IMG/VR virus record: IMGVR_UViG_3300020533_000021
Coordinates: 1 to 25,901 of that record
Origin: a virus
Lineage: Duplodnaviria > Caudoviricetes
Direction: 5' to 3' (one strand)
Length of the DNA stretch: 25,901 nt
Numbering within the stretch: the first letter of the stretch is position 1; the number at the start of each line of letters is the position of its first letter. The notes beneath the pieces were generated by a model. That model was not told the origin of the DNA. It searched no databases and worked only from the letters and a program-made list of their open reading frames with translations. Below are positions 25,722 to 25,901 of the stretch, piece by piece. A program made the position numbers and the translations under genes.

Positions 25722-25901
25722 ATGGACACCCAAACCCTATTCAACGTGGCCGTCACGCTGGCAGGCGGCATGGGCGGCTGGATACTGAACAACATCTACC
25801 AGTCGATCCGGATGCTGGACAAAGACGTGCGTCAGATGCCGAGGTTGTACGTCACGAAGGAAGACTACAAGGCCGATGTCGCGGAGATCAAGCAGATGCT
25901 G
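25722..25901 (+). CDS. Small membrane-anchored protein, truncated by the window end (possible holin-like gene)
   Basis: Not in the ORF track. 60 open codons MDTQTLFNVAVTLAGGMGGWILNNIYQSIRMLDKDVRQMPRLYVTKEDYKADVAEIKQML, with one N-terminal TM helix then a coiled coil with a YVTKEDY motif. Confidence 0.7.
   Translation, partial: MDTQTLFNVAVTLAGGMGGWILNNIYQSIRMLDKDVRQMPRLYVTKEDYKADVAEIKQML

Overview
The window is the DNA-packaging and virion-morphogenesis module of a short-tailed (P22/Lederbergvirus-like) phage or prophage, about 60% GC, with every credible gene on the + strand. It opens with a repeat-rich non-coding region (1-480; candidate origin or packaging site). Gene order: putative terminase small subunit, terminase large subunit, three tiny Lys/Arg-rich ORFs, P22-like portal, a ~7 kb accessory block, scaffolding protein, P22 gp5-like coat, two paralogous decoration-like proteins, SAM methyltransferase, GT-A glycosyltransferase, gp4-like adaptor, gp10-like tail hub, needle-position protein with C1q/BclA-like tip, tail fibre with YadA-like repeats, three ejection proteins and the start of a small membrane protein. 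The accessory block holds a Dps/ferritin-like protein, a 142-aa structural protein, a 1498-aa beta-helical repeat protein, a 22-aa-repeat stalk protein, a 101-aa beta protein and a coiled-coil protein. Main leads: (1) a candidate virion glycosylation/methylation cassette behind the coat gene; (2) a giant adhesin-like fibre with patchwork base composition whose last repeat is split across a frame change at 10723; (3) tandem hairpins covering the scaffold ribosome-binding site; (4) a Dps-like protein coupled to the portal. Family assignments come from motif recognition by eye; no database searches were run.
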